Assembly: GCA_019634385.1 (NCBI GenBank)
Contig: JAHQVK010000050.1
Coordinates: forward strand, 20,072-84,071
Direction: 5' to 3'
From: Myxococcales bacterium
GTDB lineage: Bacteria; Myxococcota; Kuafuiibacteriia; Kuafuiibacteriales; Kuafuiibacteriaceae
Length of the DNA stretch: 64,000 nt
Shown here piece by piece: positions 1 to 10,031 of the stretch. The position numbers were made by a program, and so were the translations under genes. Positions within the stretch are counted from its first letter, which is position 1; each line of letters opens with the position of its first letter. The notes under the pieces are model-generated. The model searched no databases and had not been told where the DNA came from. It saw only the letters and a list, made by a program, of their open reading frames with translations.

Positions 1-40
1 ACTCTACGGCAACAATCAGGTCCACCAGTAACTGCAAGTC

Positions 41-1543
41 TTATGGCTCTTCGTCCCCGATGTTCTTCTCACTGTGACTCTTGCCATCAAAGCGTAGTAT
101 CACCGACTTGTTATCCACTTTTGTAAATAAACCTACGGGACGCCGCCATACCAGGCATAGTTTTTCAAGTGTATCCCGAGTCCAGTCAGGCTGAAGATCA
201 ACACCCCCGTGGGTATGTCGAAGAAACAATTCTCCTCGATTTTCCCCATTGCCATCAACGACATCAATGATCGGCTGACCAAAATTGGTCAGTTGACTGA
301 GGAGCTTCTCTTTGACTTCCTGAAACTCTCGAGACTGAATCTCCCAATCTCCGGTGCTTCGATTCATTCCATAGGTGAACAGCTTCTGCTCTCTTGCAAA
401 ATCCTCAGTGAGAAACTCGTCTATAAAAGTGACATCACTATACAGTTTACGCACCTCGAATATCTTTTTACGACCGAGACCAAGCTGCTTATCCCACCGC
501 TTGCGAGTAGCAAAATCATCACACTCCGCATAGTCTTTGCCGAACTGCCCCTTATTCCACCGCTCCTCGATACTCTTGAATAGTTCCAATCCCAGCTTGT
601 AGGGATTGATACGCCCTGGCTGCATCCCCATGGTCGCCGAGTGCACATCCGCGTAGTCAATTAGTTCACTATCCGCCAATACTCGGTTGGACATAATGGT
701 GGTGTGCCAATAAGACGCCCAACCCTCATTCATGATCTTGGTCTGACCCTGGGGCGCAAAATAGTAGGCTTCTTCACGAACAATATCTAGGCAATCCTGT
801 TGCCATATCTCAAGCGGTGCATTCTGCAGTAGAAAACCAAGCACATCCCGCTCCGGATGCTCCGGAAAGTTTTTTTTGCGCTTAGCTGCCGCCTCCAGTT
901 TTTTGCGTTCTGCTTCTACAAAATCCTCCGGATTGATGTACGAACTTAGGTACCGTTTATCCGTAGGAATCAATCGGACCGCTGGGGTTGGTTCATCTGC
1001 GTTGACATGGGCTGGTTTGCGCGATCGATTGCGATTCAAGTCGAACATGGCTCGCTGATCGATCAAGTTTTCGAGTGACAGACAGGCATCAAGGAACGCT
1101 TCCACCTTGTCCTGTCCAAATCGGTCCATATGACGCCTAACCCGTGAGGCGTGATTGGCCATCTGATCGAGCATCCGTCGGTTGGTGTTGGCAAAGTAGA
1201 GATTATTCTTAAAGAAATCGCAATGCCCGTAGACATGGGCCATCACCAATTTTTGCTCCATCACCGAATTGGAATCGATCAAGTAGGCATAGCAGGGATC
1301 ATTGTTGATCACTAACTCGTAGATCTTCGACAATCCGTACTCGTGGCTCTTGCTGAGCTGCTCATACTCCATGCCGAAGCGCCAATGCGGATATCGCGTA
1401 GGGAATCCGCCGTATGCAGCCACCATATTCATTTCCTCAACGGTGACCATCTCAAAAATGACCTCAAAACAGTCTAGATCGTAGCCTTCGGCATGGGCCC
1501 GAATCTCGCGCTTTAACTCAACGAGGTGAGGTGGCAAACTCAT
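41..1543 (-). CDS. spoVR: SpoVR/YcgB-family protein (stage V sporulation protein R-like)
   Basis: 500-aa ORF. Global similarity pattern to the SpoVR/YcgB family, e.g. conserved HVYGHCDFFKNN and WASYWH-type blocks. Full-length ORF. Confidence 0.8.
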   Translation of the reverse strand: MSLPPHLVELKREIRAHAEGYDLDCFEVIFEMVTVEEMNMVAAYGGFPTRYPHWRFGMEYEQLSKSHEYGLSKIYELVINNDPCYAYLIDSNSVMEQKLVMAHVYGHCDFFKNNLYFANTNRRMLDQMANHASRVRRHMDRFGQDKVEAFLDACLSLENLIDQRAMFDLNRNRSRKPAHVNADEPTPAVRLIPTDKRYLSSYINPEDFVEAERKKLEAAAKRKKNFPEHPERDVLGFLLQNAPLEIWQQDCLDIVREEAYYFAPQGQTKIMNEGWASYWHTTIMSNRVLADSELIDYADVHSATMGMQPGRINPYKLGLELFKSIEERWNKGQFGKDYAECDDFATRKRWDKQLGLGRKKIFEVRKLYSDVTFIDEFLTEDFAREQKLFTYGMNRSTGDWEIQSREFQEVKEKLLSQLTNFGQPIIDVVDGNGENRGELFLRHTHGGVDLQPDWTRDTLEKLCLVWRRPVGLFTKVDNKSVILRFDGKSHSEKNIGDEEP

Positions 1544-1761
1544 CTTGGAGAGTTTACGCGCAGATGACGTCTCACGTCATGCTCCGGACGTACAGAAGGC
1601 ACCGCATTCGCGACGCATTGCCCCCGAGCAGTTGGGGCATGAGCCACAAACATCTGTTATATAAGGGCTTTTAACTTTTGACTCAGCCCTAGTAAGTTTG
1701 TAGCGCCGAACACCGCCATCAACGCCTGGGCAAGGGCCGGTCATTCAGTTAGCCCAGTCCG

Positions 1762-3063
1762 GTGCGAATCCTCCACACTGCAGACTGGCACCTCGGTCAG
1801 TCCCTCCACGGCGTGTCTCGTGCACCTGAGCACGCTCAATTCTTGTCGTGGTTGCTCAACCAGTTGGAGATCAATGCGGTGGATACACTGATTGTAGCCG
1901 GTGATGTTTTTGATGTCGCTACCCCCAGCGCTCAAGCTCAAGCCCAGTATTTCGGATTTCTTGCCCAAGCTCGAAGTCGGCTGCCGGGACTGAGCGTGGT
2001 GGTTCTAGGCGGCAACCATGACGCACCCGCCCGATTAGACGCCGCACGCCCCGTGTTGGATGCTCTTCATATTCACGTAGTCGGAGGTTTACCTATTGAA
2101 CCCGAAGGGACATGGGATCTCAGTCGAATCCTGATTCCTTTGCCCCCTCCACCTCACCCACCAGAGATCGTCCTCATCGCCGTCCCTTTTTTGCGCCCTA
2201 AAGATCTACCACCTTCCATGGCCGAGGCCCAAAGACGGGCGAAGCTACCGCCTAAGAGATCTAGGGAGTCAGAAGGAGCCTCTGGGACCGGCACTAACAT
2301 CGCCGAGGGGCATCGTTATGTGTACCACTCCCTGGTTGAGGCAGCAGAAATGATCCACCCATCCACGGTCGCCCTGGTGGCCACCGGGCACGCAGTGGTT
2401 GCCGGTGGACAACTGTCCGAGAGCAGTGAACGTAGAATCCAACATGGCAACCAACAAGCCTTGTCTTGCTCAGACACATTTCCCACCCAGCTTTCTTACG
2501 TGGCCCTAGGCCATCTCCATCTCAGCCAATCAGTTGGCTCACTGCCCCTAGCCTGGTACGCAGGATCACCACTTCCGCTTTCAATGGCTGAGATCGGTTA
2601 CCAGCATCAAGTACTGCTGGTTGATATTCATGGAAAGAGCCATACTAAGGTAACGTCGATCCCCGTTCCCCGATTTCGGGATTTGATCCGTATTCCGACT
2701 GAGCATGCCCCATTAGAGAATGTACTTAAACAACTGGCTACGCTACCGTCCCGAGCACCGCACCCCCAAGCGACATTGCCTCCGCTCGTGGAAGCCCGAG
2801 TGCGGGTGGATACCATTGAGCTCCAACTCAAACACCAAATTGAGGAGGCCCTCCACCATGCTTGGGCTCAACTTGCCCGTATCGATGTAAAACGACCGGT
2901 GCCATCTGATGAAAAGCAAAATCCAAGCGCCCACAATCTACACGCGTTGGCACCAGAAGACGTCTTTTGCTCACTTCATCAACGTATACGCACCACCGAT
3001 CCTTCAGCTGAGTTAATATCAGCCTTTCGGGAGTTAATGGAATCTATGGAGATAGACGGGTGA
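1762..3063 (+). CDS. sbcD: Exonuclease SbcCD nuclease subunit D (Mre11-like)
   Basis: GTG start. N-terminus MRILHTADWHLG is the calcineurin-like phosphoesterase motif. GGNHD motif present. Stop overlaps the sbcC start (GTGA). Confidence 0.9.
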   Translation: MRILHTADWHLGQSLHGVSRAPEHAQFLSWLLNQLEINAVDTLIVAGDVFDVATPSAQAQAQYFGFLAQARSRLPGLSVVVLGGNHDAPARLDAARPVLDALHIHVVGGLPIEPEGTWDLSRILIPLPPPPHPPEIVLIAVPFLRPKDLPPSMAEAQRRAKLPPKRSRESEGASGTGTNIAEGHRYVYHSLVEAAEMIHPSTVALVATGHAVVAGGQLSESSERRIQHGNQQALSCSDTFPTQLSYVALGHLHLSQSVGSLPLAWYAGSPLPLSMAEIGYQHQVLLVDIHGKSHTKVTSIPVPRFRDLIRIPTEHAPLENVLKQLATLPSRAPHPQATLPPLVEARVRVDTIELQLKHQIEEALHHAWAQLARIDVKRPVPSDEKQNPSAHNLHALAPEDVFCSLHQRIRTTDPSAELISAFRELMESMEIDG

Positions 3064-6000
3064 AGATCCTGGCCATCCGCGGAAAAAACCTCGCAAGTCT
3101 AACACAATTTGAAATAGGCTTCACTAGCGGACCCCTCAGTCCAACAAGTATCTTTGCTATAACTGGTCCGACTGGCGCCGGCAAATCCACCATTCTCGAC
3201 ACCCTATGTTTAGCCCTATTTGATCGGGTACCACGGTTTGCCACAGCCACGGCAAATCATGATGTTCGCCGAATCATTCGACAAGGGGCGATCGAGGCCC
3301 TTGCTGAGGCAGACTTTGTGGGTGTAGATGGCGAATACTATCGGGCCTCCTGGTCGGTATGGCGAGCCCGTCGCAAAGCCTCCGGACGTCTCCAAGATCA
3401 ACGAGTACACCTATATAGACTACACGGTGCTGAGATGATACCACTTACAGAGAGTACCAAAACAGCAACGCTACAAACTATCCGCCAGAAACTAGGACTA
3501 GGATTTTCAGAGTTCCGTCGGGCCGTCCTGCTTGCTCAAGGGGACTTTGCAGCCTTCCTCAAAGCGAGGTCAGACGAAAGAGCTAGCCTGCTCGAACAAA
3601 TGACTGGAACCAACCTATATGCCAGCCTGTCCCGGGCAGCTTTTGTCCGGGCCAAGAGTGAAACCGAGAAACACCGTTTTTTGGTTCAACAACTACAAGC
3701 GGTCGAGACACTCTCCGCTGAGATACAATCTAATCTTAAAAACGAAATCCTTGAACTTGAGCAACAGCACAGCCAACTAATAGAAGATCTGCAAACCGCC
3801 CAGCATCTGGAGCAATGGTTCGAAACCAACGAAGCTTTAACCAAAGAATACAAGCATGCTCAAGAACAGAATGAACAAGCAATTATTTCTGCCCAGGCTC
3901 TACCCGAGATAGAAGCACAAATTAGCCATCTCGAAATATTTTCGAAACTTCATCCTCTACAAAAACACATAGACATTTCGTTGGCGGAGCTCGTCGACGT
4001 ACAAAGACAAACAAAAATCGCCGAATCCGAAGTAGAACAAATAGAGACTCAGTTTCGGGCTTGTCACGCAAGGGTCGATCAGGCTTCTGCCGCCCACCAA
4101 GCCGCGCTAACCACGGTCGATAAGCTCGAACCACTACTATCTAAGGCTAGTGAACTAGACGAAGAACTCAAGCAACAACAACAGCAACAGCAACAGCTCA
4201 ACATCCTGACTCAGCAAGCTGAAAAAGAGTTATCTACCCTGCATAAACAGCTCGAGCAGCTCACCGAACAGCTTCGAACCCTGACTTTGAGTGATCAAAC
4301 AGATGACCAATGGCTAGCCAAACAACGCTTCATCGAAGAACTCCGTCAAGACACTAAGGATACCGAGCCCCTCTCGTTGCTTCATGAGCTAGCTCAACTC
4401 ACCCAAGAGCTTCGATACGCACAACCCCATCAGCAGATGCGAAGCCAAGAACTCAAACGCTTAGAACCAAATATAGTCTCGCTTCAAAACCAACTTGAGC
4501 AGGCAAACCTCAGGGTTACCAAAGCCACTGCCGAACAAACCTCCCCCCTCGCCTCCCTGCCATGGGATGCGGTCAGCTGGACTCGAGAACTGGAACATTT
4601 TCATCGTTTAGCCACCGCTGTAGAGAATCTTCGAACACCCATACTAGCGAAACAGCAGCGACAGACCCAACAAAAAAAGCGACAAGTTCAACTACAAAAG
4701 CATCAAGAAGATGTGGAGAATCTTCAACTGCAATTACAGGATGCTCACCGGGGAGCAGAACATATTAGCGAGCAGCTTCGAAAGCAGCTAAAGCATCAAC
4801 TTCAGCCAGGCGAACCCTGTCCCGTTTGTGACATCATTCAACCTCCAGCAATCGGCTCAAGCTCCAAGTGCTCGGAAATCGCACCAGACACTCCCAGTTA
4901 TGATTACCACCAAATGATCGAACATCTATCGACCGCAAGCGGACAGGCAGCCTCTGCCCAACTCGCCATCGACTGCTACCTAAAAGAACTTGAGGCGATA
5001 AAGCAGACCGAACAAACGGAGCAACAATTGTTGACCGCTCTTCGCACCGAGCTTTCCCAGATTTGGCTGAGTACTACCCACCTCCACGCTTTTGGTTTAG
5101 GGAAAGTAGGATTGCTGCTTCCGCGAGAGATGCCAAACAGCATAGACGCTCTTGCTCCCGCACTAGATTGTCTCAAAAGTATAAAATCCCAATTGGAAGC
5201 CCACGCTCAGGCCGCCAAAAACTCTCAACATCACCAAACCCAAATCGCCAGCGATATGCTAAATGCTCATACCGAGCAAGAAAAGTATCAAGCCCTCCTA
5301 GATAGCTCTCTCGAGAGACGTAGATATCTTATCGAGGAACAACAAGCTTACAACCAAGAATATACTCAGCTCCTCGCTCAACATACTCAAAAAACAGAGT
5401 ACCTCCAGCATCTCCTGGCCAAATCGCCCAACGTAGATCTTGGCCTCACTGACCCCAAAATTTGGGTGGATGAACTGCTGGACGGCCTGGCCGACGCAGA
5501 ACGAAGACAGACAGAGCGTCGAGCTCGACGCCTCCAACAAGAAGCCATCGAGCAACACCGACGGGATATCCAGGCCCACTACGAGGCAAAATGCCGTCAC
5601 TTAGCGACTCTGCAAAAGACAGCGCACCAGACCACCGAAAAGAGCCAAGACCTCAATTTGAAGCGATCAGAGCTCTTTAATGGAAACTCGGTGATAGAAG
5701 TACGGGAGGAGCTTAAGGCGAAGATTCGTAAGGCTGAGGAGACTAGCACCGAGTACTCTCAGCAGCTCGTACATCTGGATCACAAGCGGGTGGAGGCACT
5801 GACTCTCCTTCGCTTAAGACTAGAGGAAGAGCAACGCGCACGTCACCGCGTGACCCAGGCCCAACTCGCCATGCAGGAGGCCTTGGCCCTATATCCAACC
5901 AAAACCCACCAACAACTCATAGAACAGCTCTCTCTTCCTCGACAAGACCGGCAAGAGCTGGAAGACAGGAAGACACAGCTTTTGCGTCAACTAGCTCAGG

Positions 6001-6734
6001 CGGAAGCTACTCAGCAGGACCGTCAACACCGCCTTGAGCAGCACCACCTAGACATGCCCACCATTTCGCGGGAAAAAAATCATCATCGCATAAAGACCGG
6101 TCAACGCTTGAGCAAAGCTATTCTTGATTCGCTCAGTCGTTTACGAGGTACGCTTGAGCACAATGAGCATGCCCACAGACGAAGAGACGAACTTCAGCCT
6201 CAAGTCCAGCAGCAAGAGATACAAGCTCGCCTGTGGAGTGATCTGTCTGACCTTATCGGCTCGGCAGATGGGAGCAAATTCCGGACTTTCGCACAATCGC
6301 TGACCCTTGAGATATTGATCGCCCAGGCAAACCACCACCTACGGGCCCTACGACCTCGCTATGCTCTGAAGAAATGCTCCGTGGCCAATATGGAATTTGA
6401 AGTTGTCGACCATGATATGGGTCAGGAGCTACGAACAACCGCCAGCCTATCGGGAGGTGAGACCTTTCTGGTCTCCTTAGCCTTAGCCTTGGCCTTGTCC
6501 GATTTATCAGCCCCGACGACGAGCATCGAATCGCTATTCATTGATGAGGGTTTTGGGGCATTAGACACAGACAGTCTTGAGGTTGCCCTTGGCGTCTTAG
6601 ATCAACTCCAAGCAACCGGACGCACTATTGGTATTGTCTCACACATTCCCGAAGTCGCCGAGCGCATCGGCTTTGAAGTCCACGTGAAACCAACGGGGAT
6701 CGGCCACTCAGTTGTTGAACTGCGAACCCCCTGA
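3060..6734 (+). CDS. sbcC: Exonuclease SbcCD ATPase subunit C (Rad50-like)
   Basis: 1224 aa. Walker A GPTGAGKST. Long coiled-coil with a CPVC zinc hook. ABC signature LSGGETFLVSLALALAL and Walker B LFIDEGFGALD at the C-terminus. Confidence 0.92.
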   Translation: MKILAIRGKNLASLTQFEIGFTSGPLSPTSIFAITGPTGAGKSTILDTLCLALFDRVPRFATATANHDVRRIIRQGAIEALAEADFVGVDGEYYRASWSVWRARRKASGRLQDQRVHLYRLHGAEMIPLTESTKTATLQTIRQKLGLGFSEFRRAVLLAQGDFAAFLKARSDERASLLEQMTGTNLYASLSRAAFVRAKSETEKHRFLVQQLQAVETLSAEIQSNLKNEILELEQQHSQLIEDLQTAQHLEQWFETNEALTKEYKHAQEQNEQAIISAQALPEIEAQISHLEIFSKLHPLQKHIDISLAELVDVQRQTKIAESEVEQIETQFRACHARVDQASAAHQAALTTVDKLEPLLSKASELDEELKQQQQQQQQLNILTQQAEKELSTLHKQLEQLTEQLRTLTLSDQTDDQWLAKQRFIEELRQDTKDTEPLSLLHELAQLTQELRYAQPHQQMRSQELKRLEPNIVSLQNQLEQANLRVTKATAEQTSPLASLPWDAVSWTRELEHFHRLATAVENLRTPILAKQQRQTQQKKRQVQLQKHQEDVENLQLQLQDAHRGAEHISEQLRKQLKHQLQPGEPCPVCDIIQPPAIGSSSKCSEIAPDTPSYDYHQMIEHLSTASGQAASAQLAIDCYLKELEAIKQTEQTEQQLLTALRTELSQIWLSTTHLHAFGLGKVGLLLPREMPNSIDALAPALDCLKSIKSQLEAHAQAAKNSQHHQTQIASDMLNAHTEQEKYQALLDSSLERRRYLIEEQQAYNQEYTQLLAQHTQKTEYLQHLLAKSPNVDLGLTDPKIWVDELLDGLADAERRQTERRARRLQQEAIEQHRRDIQAHYEAKCRHLATLQKTAHQTTEKSQDLNLKRSELFNGNSVIEVREELKAKIRKAEETSTEYSQQLVHLDHKRVEALTLLRLRLEEEQRARHRVTQAQLAMQEALALYPTKTHQQLIEQLSLPRQDRQELEDRKTQLLRQLAQAEATQQDRQHRLEQHHLDMPTISREKNHHRIKTGQRLSKAILDSLSRLRGTLEHNEHAHRRRDELQPQVQQQEIQARLWSDLSDLIGSADGSKFRTFAQSLTLEILIAQANHHLRALRPRYALKKCSVANMEFEVVDHDMGQELRTTASLSGGETFLVSLALALALSDLSAPTTSIESLFIDEGFGALDTDSLEVALGVLDQLQATGRTIGIVSHIPEVAERIGFEVHVKPTGIGHSVVELRTP

Positions 6735-6735
6735 G

Positions 6736-7419
6736 TTACTCATCGCCACGGGTCTTTGTGCTCGATGACCAGCCCCCCGCTCTAACAAGACCCTGTTGAG
6801 AGCTCCAGATCCAATCTGCGTCTCCAGCCAACTCTAAAGCCTTAGTGATATCCACACCAATATGGATCTCGCCATTGGTCCTCAGCAAAGACCACAATCG
6901 GAGAGCATCGTCGACAGAGGCCCCGCCACCCACCAACCAGATCGGCTGTTTATCATTCTTCAAGGACAGCACAAACTGGCCCGCTCGACGGTCAATATCC
7001 TCCTCAGAAAAGGTCAAAGGCGGTCGGCCGAGCAACCAGCCTAGTGGTGGGCGGCGGAAACCACTCGTAATCCGACGCGCAATATCCCGCCCCTCCAGTA
7101 TTACGGTGGGCGCAGTCTGCGTGACCCACTTTTCCCAATCGTGAGACAAATGGGGAGATAACGGCGCAAAACAGGCTCCTCGACGGAGGCAACCCAGCAT
7201 CATCCCCACCCATTCTATCCAGTTATTCGGCCGACAAGCTACAACGTCCCCAGCGCTAACACTCAACCACTTCATCCGTTCAGAGAACAGATGGCCATAA
7301 CTGTACAAAGAGGCTGCCGGACAAATACGCCCAGCATTCGTTTTCATGTGATCTACTAGCATCGGATACGGCTGCATATTCCAAATACCGTGAATCCTGC
7401 AAAAAAGCTGACTACGCAT
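6736..7419 (-). CDS. Hypothetical protein with an AMP-dependent synthetase-like N-terminal segment
   Basis: 227-aa ORF. The segment GDVVACRPNNWIEWVGMMLGCLRRGACFAPL resembles the first motif block of acyl-CoA synthetases, but the remaining adenylation motifs are absent. Possibly a truncated gene. Confidence 0.35.
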   Translation of the reverse strand: MRSQLFCRIHGIWNMQPYPMLVDHMKTNAGRICPAASLYSYGHLFSERMKWLSVSAGDVVACRPNNWIEWVGMMLGCLRRGACFAPLSPHLSHDWEKWVTQTAPTVILEGRDIARRITSGFRRPPLGWLLGRPPLTFSEEDIDRRAGQFVLSLKNDKQPIWLVGGGASVDDALRLWSLLRTNGEIHIGVDITKALELAGDADWIWSSQQGLVRAGGWSSSTKTRGDE

Positions 7420-7481
7420 ACATCTCTAAGCCTTAATGGCAAACAGCGAACGAGTATTCGTAAAACACAAAGTACCATCTC

Positions 7482-8813
7482 TTGCTCGCCATTCGTTCAT
7501 TTTGCGCATACCGTCCCGTTGTGGGGCAAACAATTGATGATGAGACTCAACTACCACCGGCTCCACGGCGCTCCCCCGGCATCTCTGAGGTGGTCAACGA
7601 GGATCTCAACGCGAAAGAGCTCTTAACCTCGCTCCTTGTGAAGCTTAGTCAGGACCCCGCGAAAAGCTTTGTTGACCTGGCCGCAATACTCACCTCACGC
7701 GGACACTTGATGGAAGCCCTTAGAGTAACCGAGCATGGTCTTCAGGTCGTACCCCATTCGGCTGAAGGACGGACCGAACGAGCGGCGGCTTTACTCACGT
7801 TGGATCGACCACGCGCGGCTTATCTCGAACTAGTTCGGGCACTGGCCATCGAGCCCAACCACCGGAGAGCACTGAGGCTTATGGGACAGGTCTACAAGGA
7901 GACTGGAGCACCAGAGAAAGCGGCGGCTTTACTCACGGGGCGCATGACGGATAGCGAAGTCCCCTCAACCGTGCTTGTCCTGGACAATTCACAGTATCCA
8001 GAAAAAGACGCCGAAGAGGCCTCTCAGGACAGCATGACCCTCATCTCGAACTTGGCCAATAGTCTCAATTTATCACTAAATGAGACTATACCCAACATCG
8101 AGGCCACCCAGATCACAAAACAACGGGCCCCCTCACCCAACTGGCGCGACCCCGAGCCCACCATCATTGACCATCCCATCTATAATGCCGGTGCTGCGCA
8201 CAACGGGTCCTCTGCGGACTCCAAACCACTAGAAGCCCAGTCCCGAGACCAAACTATCATCGATATCAAACCAGCTTGGACAAACGAAAATGCCGAGACT
8301 GAGGACCCAACCCTCAACACCCATCCAACATGGGGCGACACAAGCATCATGGAGGCGCCAACATTAACCAAGCTCAACAACCACCCCACCTGGACGTTTG
8401 AGAGCGTTGAAATAGATGAACCCACTCAAAAAATTCCGCCAAACCCAAATCTCCGAAGTCTAAGTCAGCTCAGCGACCACGCTGAGTCGGTATCCCGTCC
8501 TCCCTCTTGGCCCATCTCATTACGCAACCCCCGGTCCAGGCAAAAAGCCCATACCGGGCGCGTCCACCGATTGCCTCCGCACCCAGAGGTTCCAAAGGCC
8601 GTTCTGTCATCTGTCATCTCGTCCAACGTAGTCGAGATGATACCCATACCTCAGATCTTACAATATATCCGAAAACACCGGCGTCCACTACGCATCGTAG
8701 GGGTGCTTATCTTCGTCCTGTACACAACATTGCTCACCCTCGCCGTATCCAAAAGTATTTACACATGGTTTTACCCCCCACATTCCGCGCCCAAATCATC
8801 AAGAGCCCAATAA
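7482..8813 (+). CDS. TPR-repeat protein with a low-complexity central region and a C-terminal transmembrane helix
   Basis: 443-aa ORF with N-terminal TPR-like helices (ALAIEPNHRRALRLMGQVYKETG) and a C-terminal hydrophobic segment (LRIVGVLIFVLYTTLLTLAV). Start codon uncertain. Confidence 0.5.
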   Translation: MLAIRSFCAYRPVVGQTIDDETQLPPAPRRSPGISEVVNEDLNAKELLTSLLVKLSQDPAKSFVDLAAILTSRGHLMEALRVTEHGLQVVPHSAEGRTERAAALLTLDRPRAAYLELVRALAIEPNHRRALRLMGQVYKETGAPEKAAALLTGRMTDSEVPSTVLVLDNSQYPEKDAEEASQDSMTLISNLANSLNLSLNETIPNIEATQITKQRAPSPNWRDPEPTIIDHPIYNAGAAHNGSSADSKPLEAQSRDQTIIDIKPAWTNENAETEDPTLNTHPTWGDTSIMEAPTLTKLNNHPTWTFESVEIDEPTQKIPPNPNLRSLSQLSDHAESVSRPPSWPISLRNPRSRQKAHTGRVHRLPPHPEVPKAVLSSVISSNVVEMIPIPQILQYIRKHRRPLRIVGVLIFVLYTTLLTLAVSKSIYTWFYPPHSAPKSSRAQ

Positions 8814-8860
8814 ACTCAATTCTCACTTCCTGAACACTCTACAGCGCAGATTCATCGCTT

Positions 8861-8969
8861 ACAGCAAAGACCACTGGAATTGATTCGATTAGAATCAACA
8901 AGGGGTCGAAGCGCGGCAAAGCCCCGCGTATAATCAGGAACCTGGTTCAACCCAGGTGATGTCTGCTGT
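8861..8969 (+). repeat. MITE-like structured repeat, copy A (divergent full-length copy)
   Basis: Termini tACAGCAAAG...TCTGCTGTa. Internal palindromes ttgattcgattagaatcaa, gcgcggcaaagccccgcg and ctggttcaacccag. Lies 230 bp upstream of csrA. Confidence 0.75.
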
Positions 8970-9201
8970 ATGGCCTCCCTATCGAGGGCCACCGAGCCGC
9001 TAGCTTGGCAACAAACATCCCAACACTACTTATTCTCATGCTTGAGACTCTAGTTTTGGAACATCAGACCGTTGAACATAAATGTACGTGAATGAAACTC
9101 GAGACCGTCACGGCCTCGAGAAGAAGCACTCTCCAGGGAACGGAGAGATAACCCCAAGCGGTGAGCAACTATGCCGCCAACCATCAGGAGGATGGCCACA
9201 A

Positions 9202-9450
9202 ATGCTCTCTCTCGCGCGACGCCCCGGCCAAAAAATCCGGATAGGTGAAGACATCATTCTGGTCATCCGAGAGATTCGAGGCCGCCAGGTTAAAATTGGA
9301 ATCGATGCGCCACCTCAAGTGCGCGTTCTACGGGAAGAGATTTACGAGGAACTGTGTGCTGCGAATAAATTGGCTGCACAGCAAGGTACTGAACTGCCCG
9401 CCGTGCTCTCAACGCTCAAAAAGGACCCCAAGGAGGGATATGACGTATGA
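9202..9450 (+). CDS. csrA: Carbon storage regulator CsrA (RNA-binding global regulator)
   Basis: MLSLARRPGQKIRIGEDIILVIREIRGRQVKIGIDAPPQVRVLREEIY matches the CsrA consensus (MLILTRR..ESIxIGDDI..GxQVRIGIxAPK.V.V.REEIY). RBS aggagga at 9185-9191. Stop overlaps the fliW start (ATGA). Confidence 0.88.
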   Translation: MLSLARRPGQKIRIGEDIILVIREIRGRQVKIGIDAPPQVRVLREEIYEELCAANKLAAQQGTELPAVLSTLKKDPKEGYDV

Positions 9451-9977
9451 GGATCGTAACGCCTCGATTTGGCGAACTGGAGATACCAGAAGAGACCATC
9501 GTCTTTTTTCCCGAAGGATTACCAGGCTTTAAAAGCCGTCACTGGGTAGTTTTTGTCCGTGACGAAACGCCGATGATCGAATGGTTACAATCGGTGGACG
9601 AGCCGGAGATCGCACTTATGACTATGGACCCCGTTCGAGACTTATTACTAGACTATAGTCCCGAACCCAAAGCTGGGGAACTCAATCCTATCAGCGTAGA
9701 CTCAGTCCATGAGACTACGATCCGAATAATTATTCGTAATGCGGATAGTCCAGGACGGCTTTCTATAAACTTATTCGCCCCTTTGTTTTACAATGCCCCT
9801 CAACGTTTGGGCATGCAGCTGCCGCTGGTCGGCAGCGGATTTCAAGTGAGCGAATTATGGCCACCAGAAGAGATTGTAGCGATGTCACCATCAGGAGGCG
9901 TTCAGACCTCTCGAACCTCTGGTCAATCTATCGAGCACAATCGAAATCAGGATATGCAAAATAGAGCCTGTGAATAG
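9447..9977 (+). CDS. fliW: Flagellar assembly factor FliW-like protein (CsrA antagonist)
   Basis: N-terminus RFGELEIPEETIVFFPEGLPGF matches FliW. Translationally coupled to csrA. Confidence 0.75.
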   Translation: MRIVTPRFGELEIPEETIVFFPEGLPGFKSRHWVVFVRDETPMIEWLQSVDEPEIALMTMDPVRDLLLDYSPEPKAGELNPISVDSVHETTIRIIIRNADSPGRLSINLFAPLFYNAPQRLGMQLPLVGSGFQVSELWPPEEIVAMSPSGGVQTSRTSGQSIEHNRNQDMQNRACE

Positions 9978-10031
9978 AGGGTGGACTCCATCATTTGATG
10001 AATTGATACGCCAGTAAGGCGTTATATCATA

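Noticed and set aside
1748-1772. tRNA-like T-arm sequence ggtgcgaatcc
   Set aside because: No acceptor, D or anticodon stems can be formed around it. It is the start of sbcD (GTG CGA ATC ...).
3922-6438. Several antisense 60-100-aa ORFs within sbcC
   Set aside because: They lie inside a strongly supported long CDS and have no motifs. They are chance ORFs.
9245-9532. 95-aa ORF overlapping csrA and fliW in another frame
   Set aside because: It is fully embedded in two well-supported genes and has no motif.
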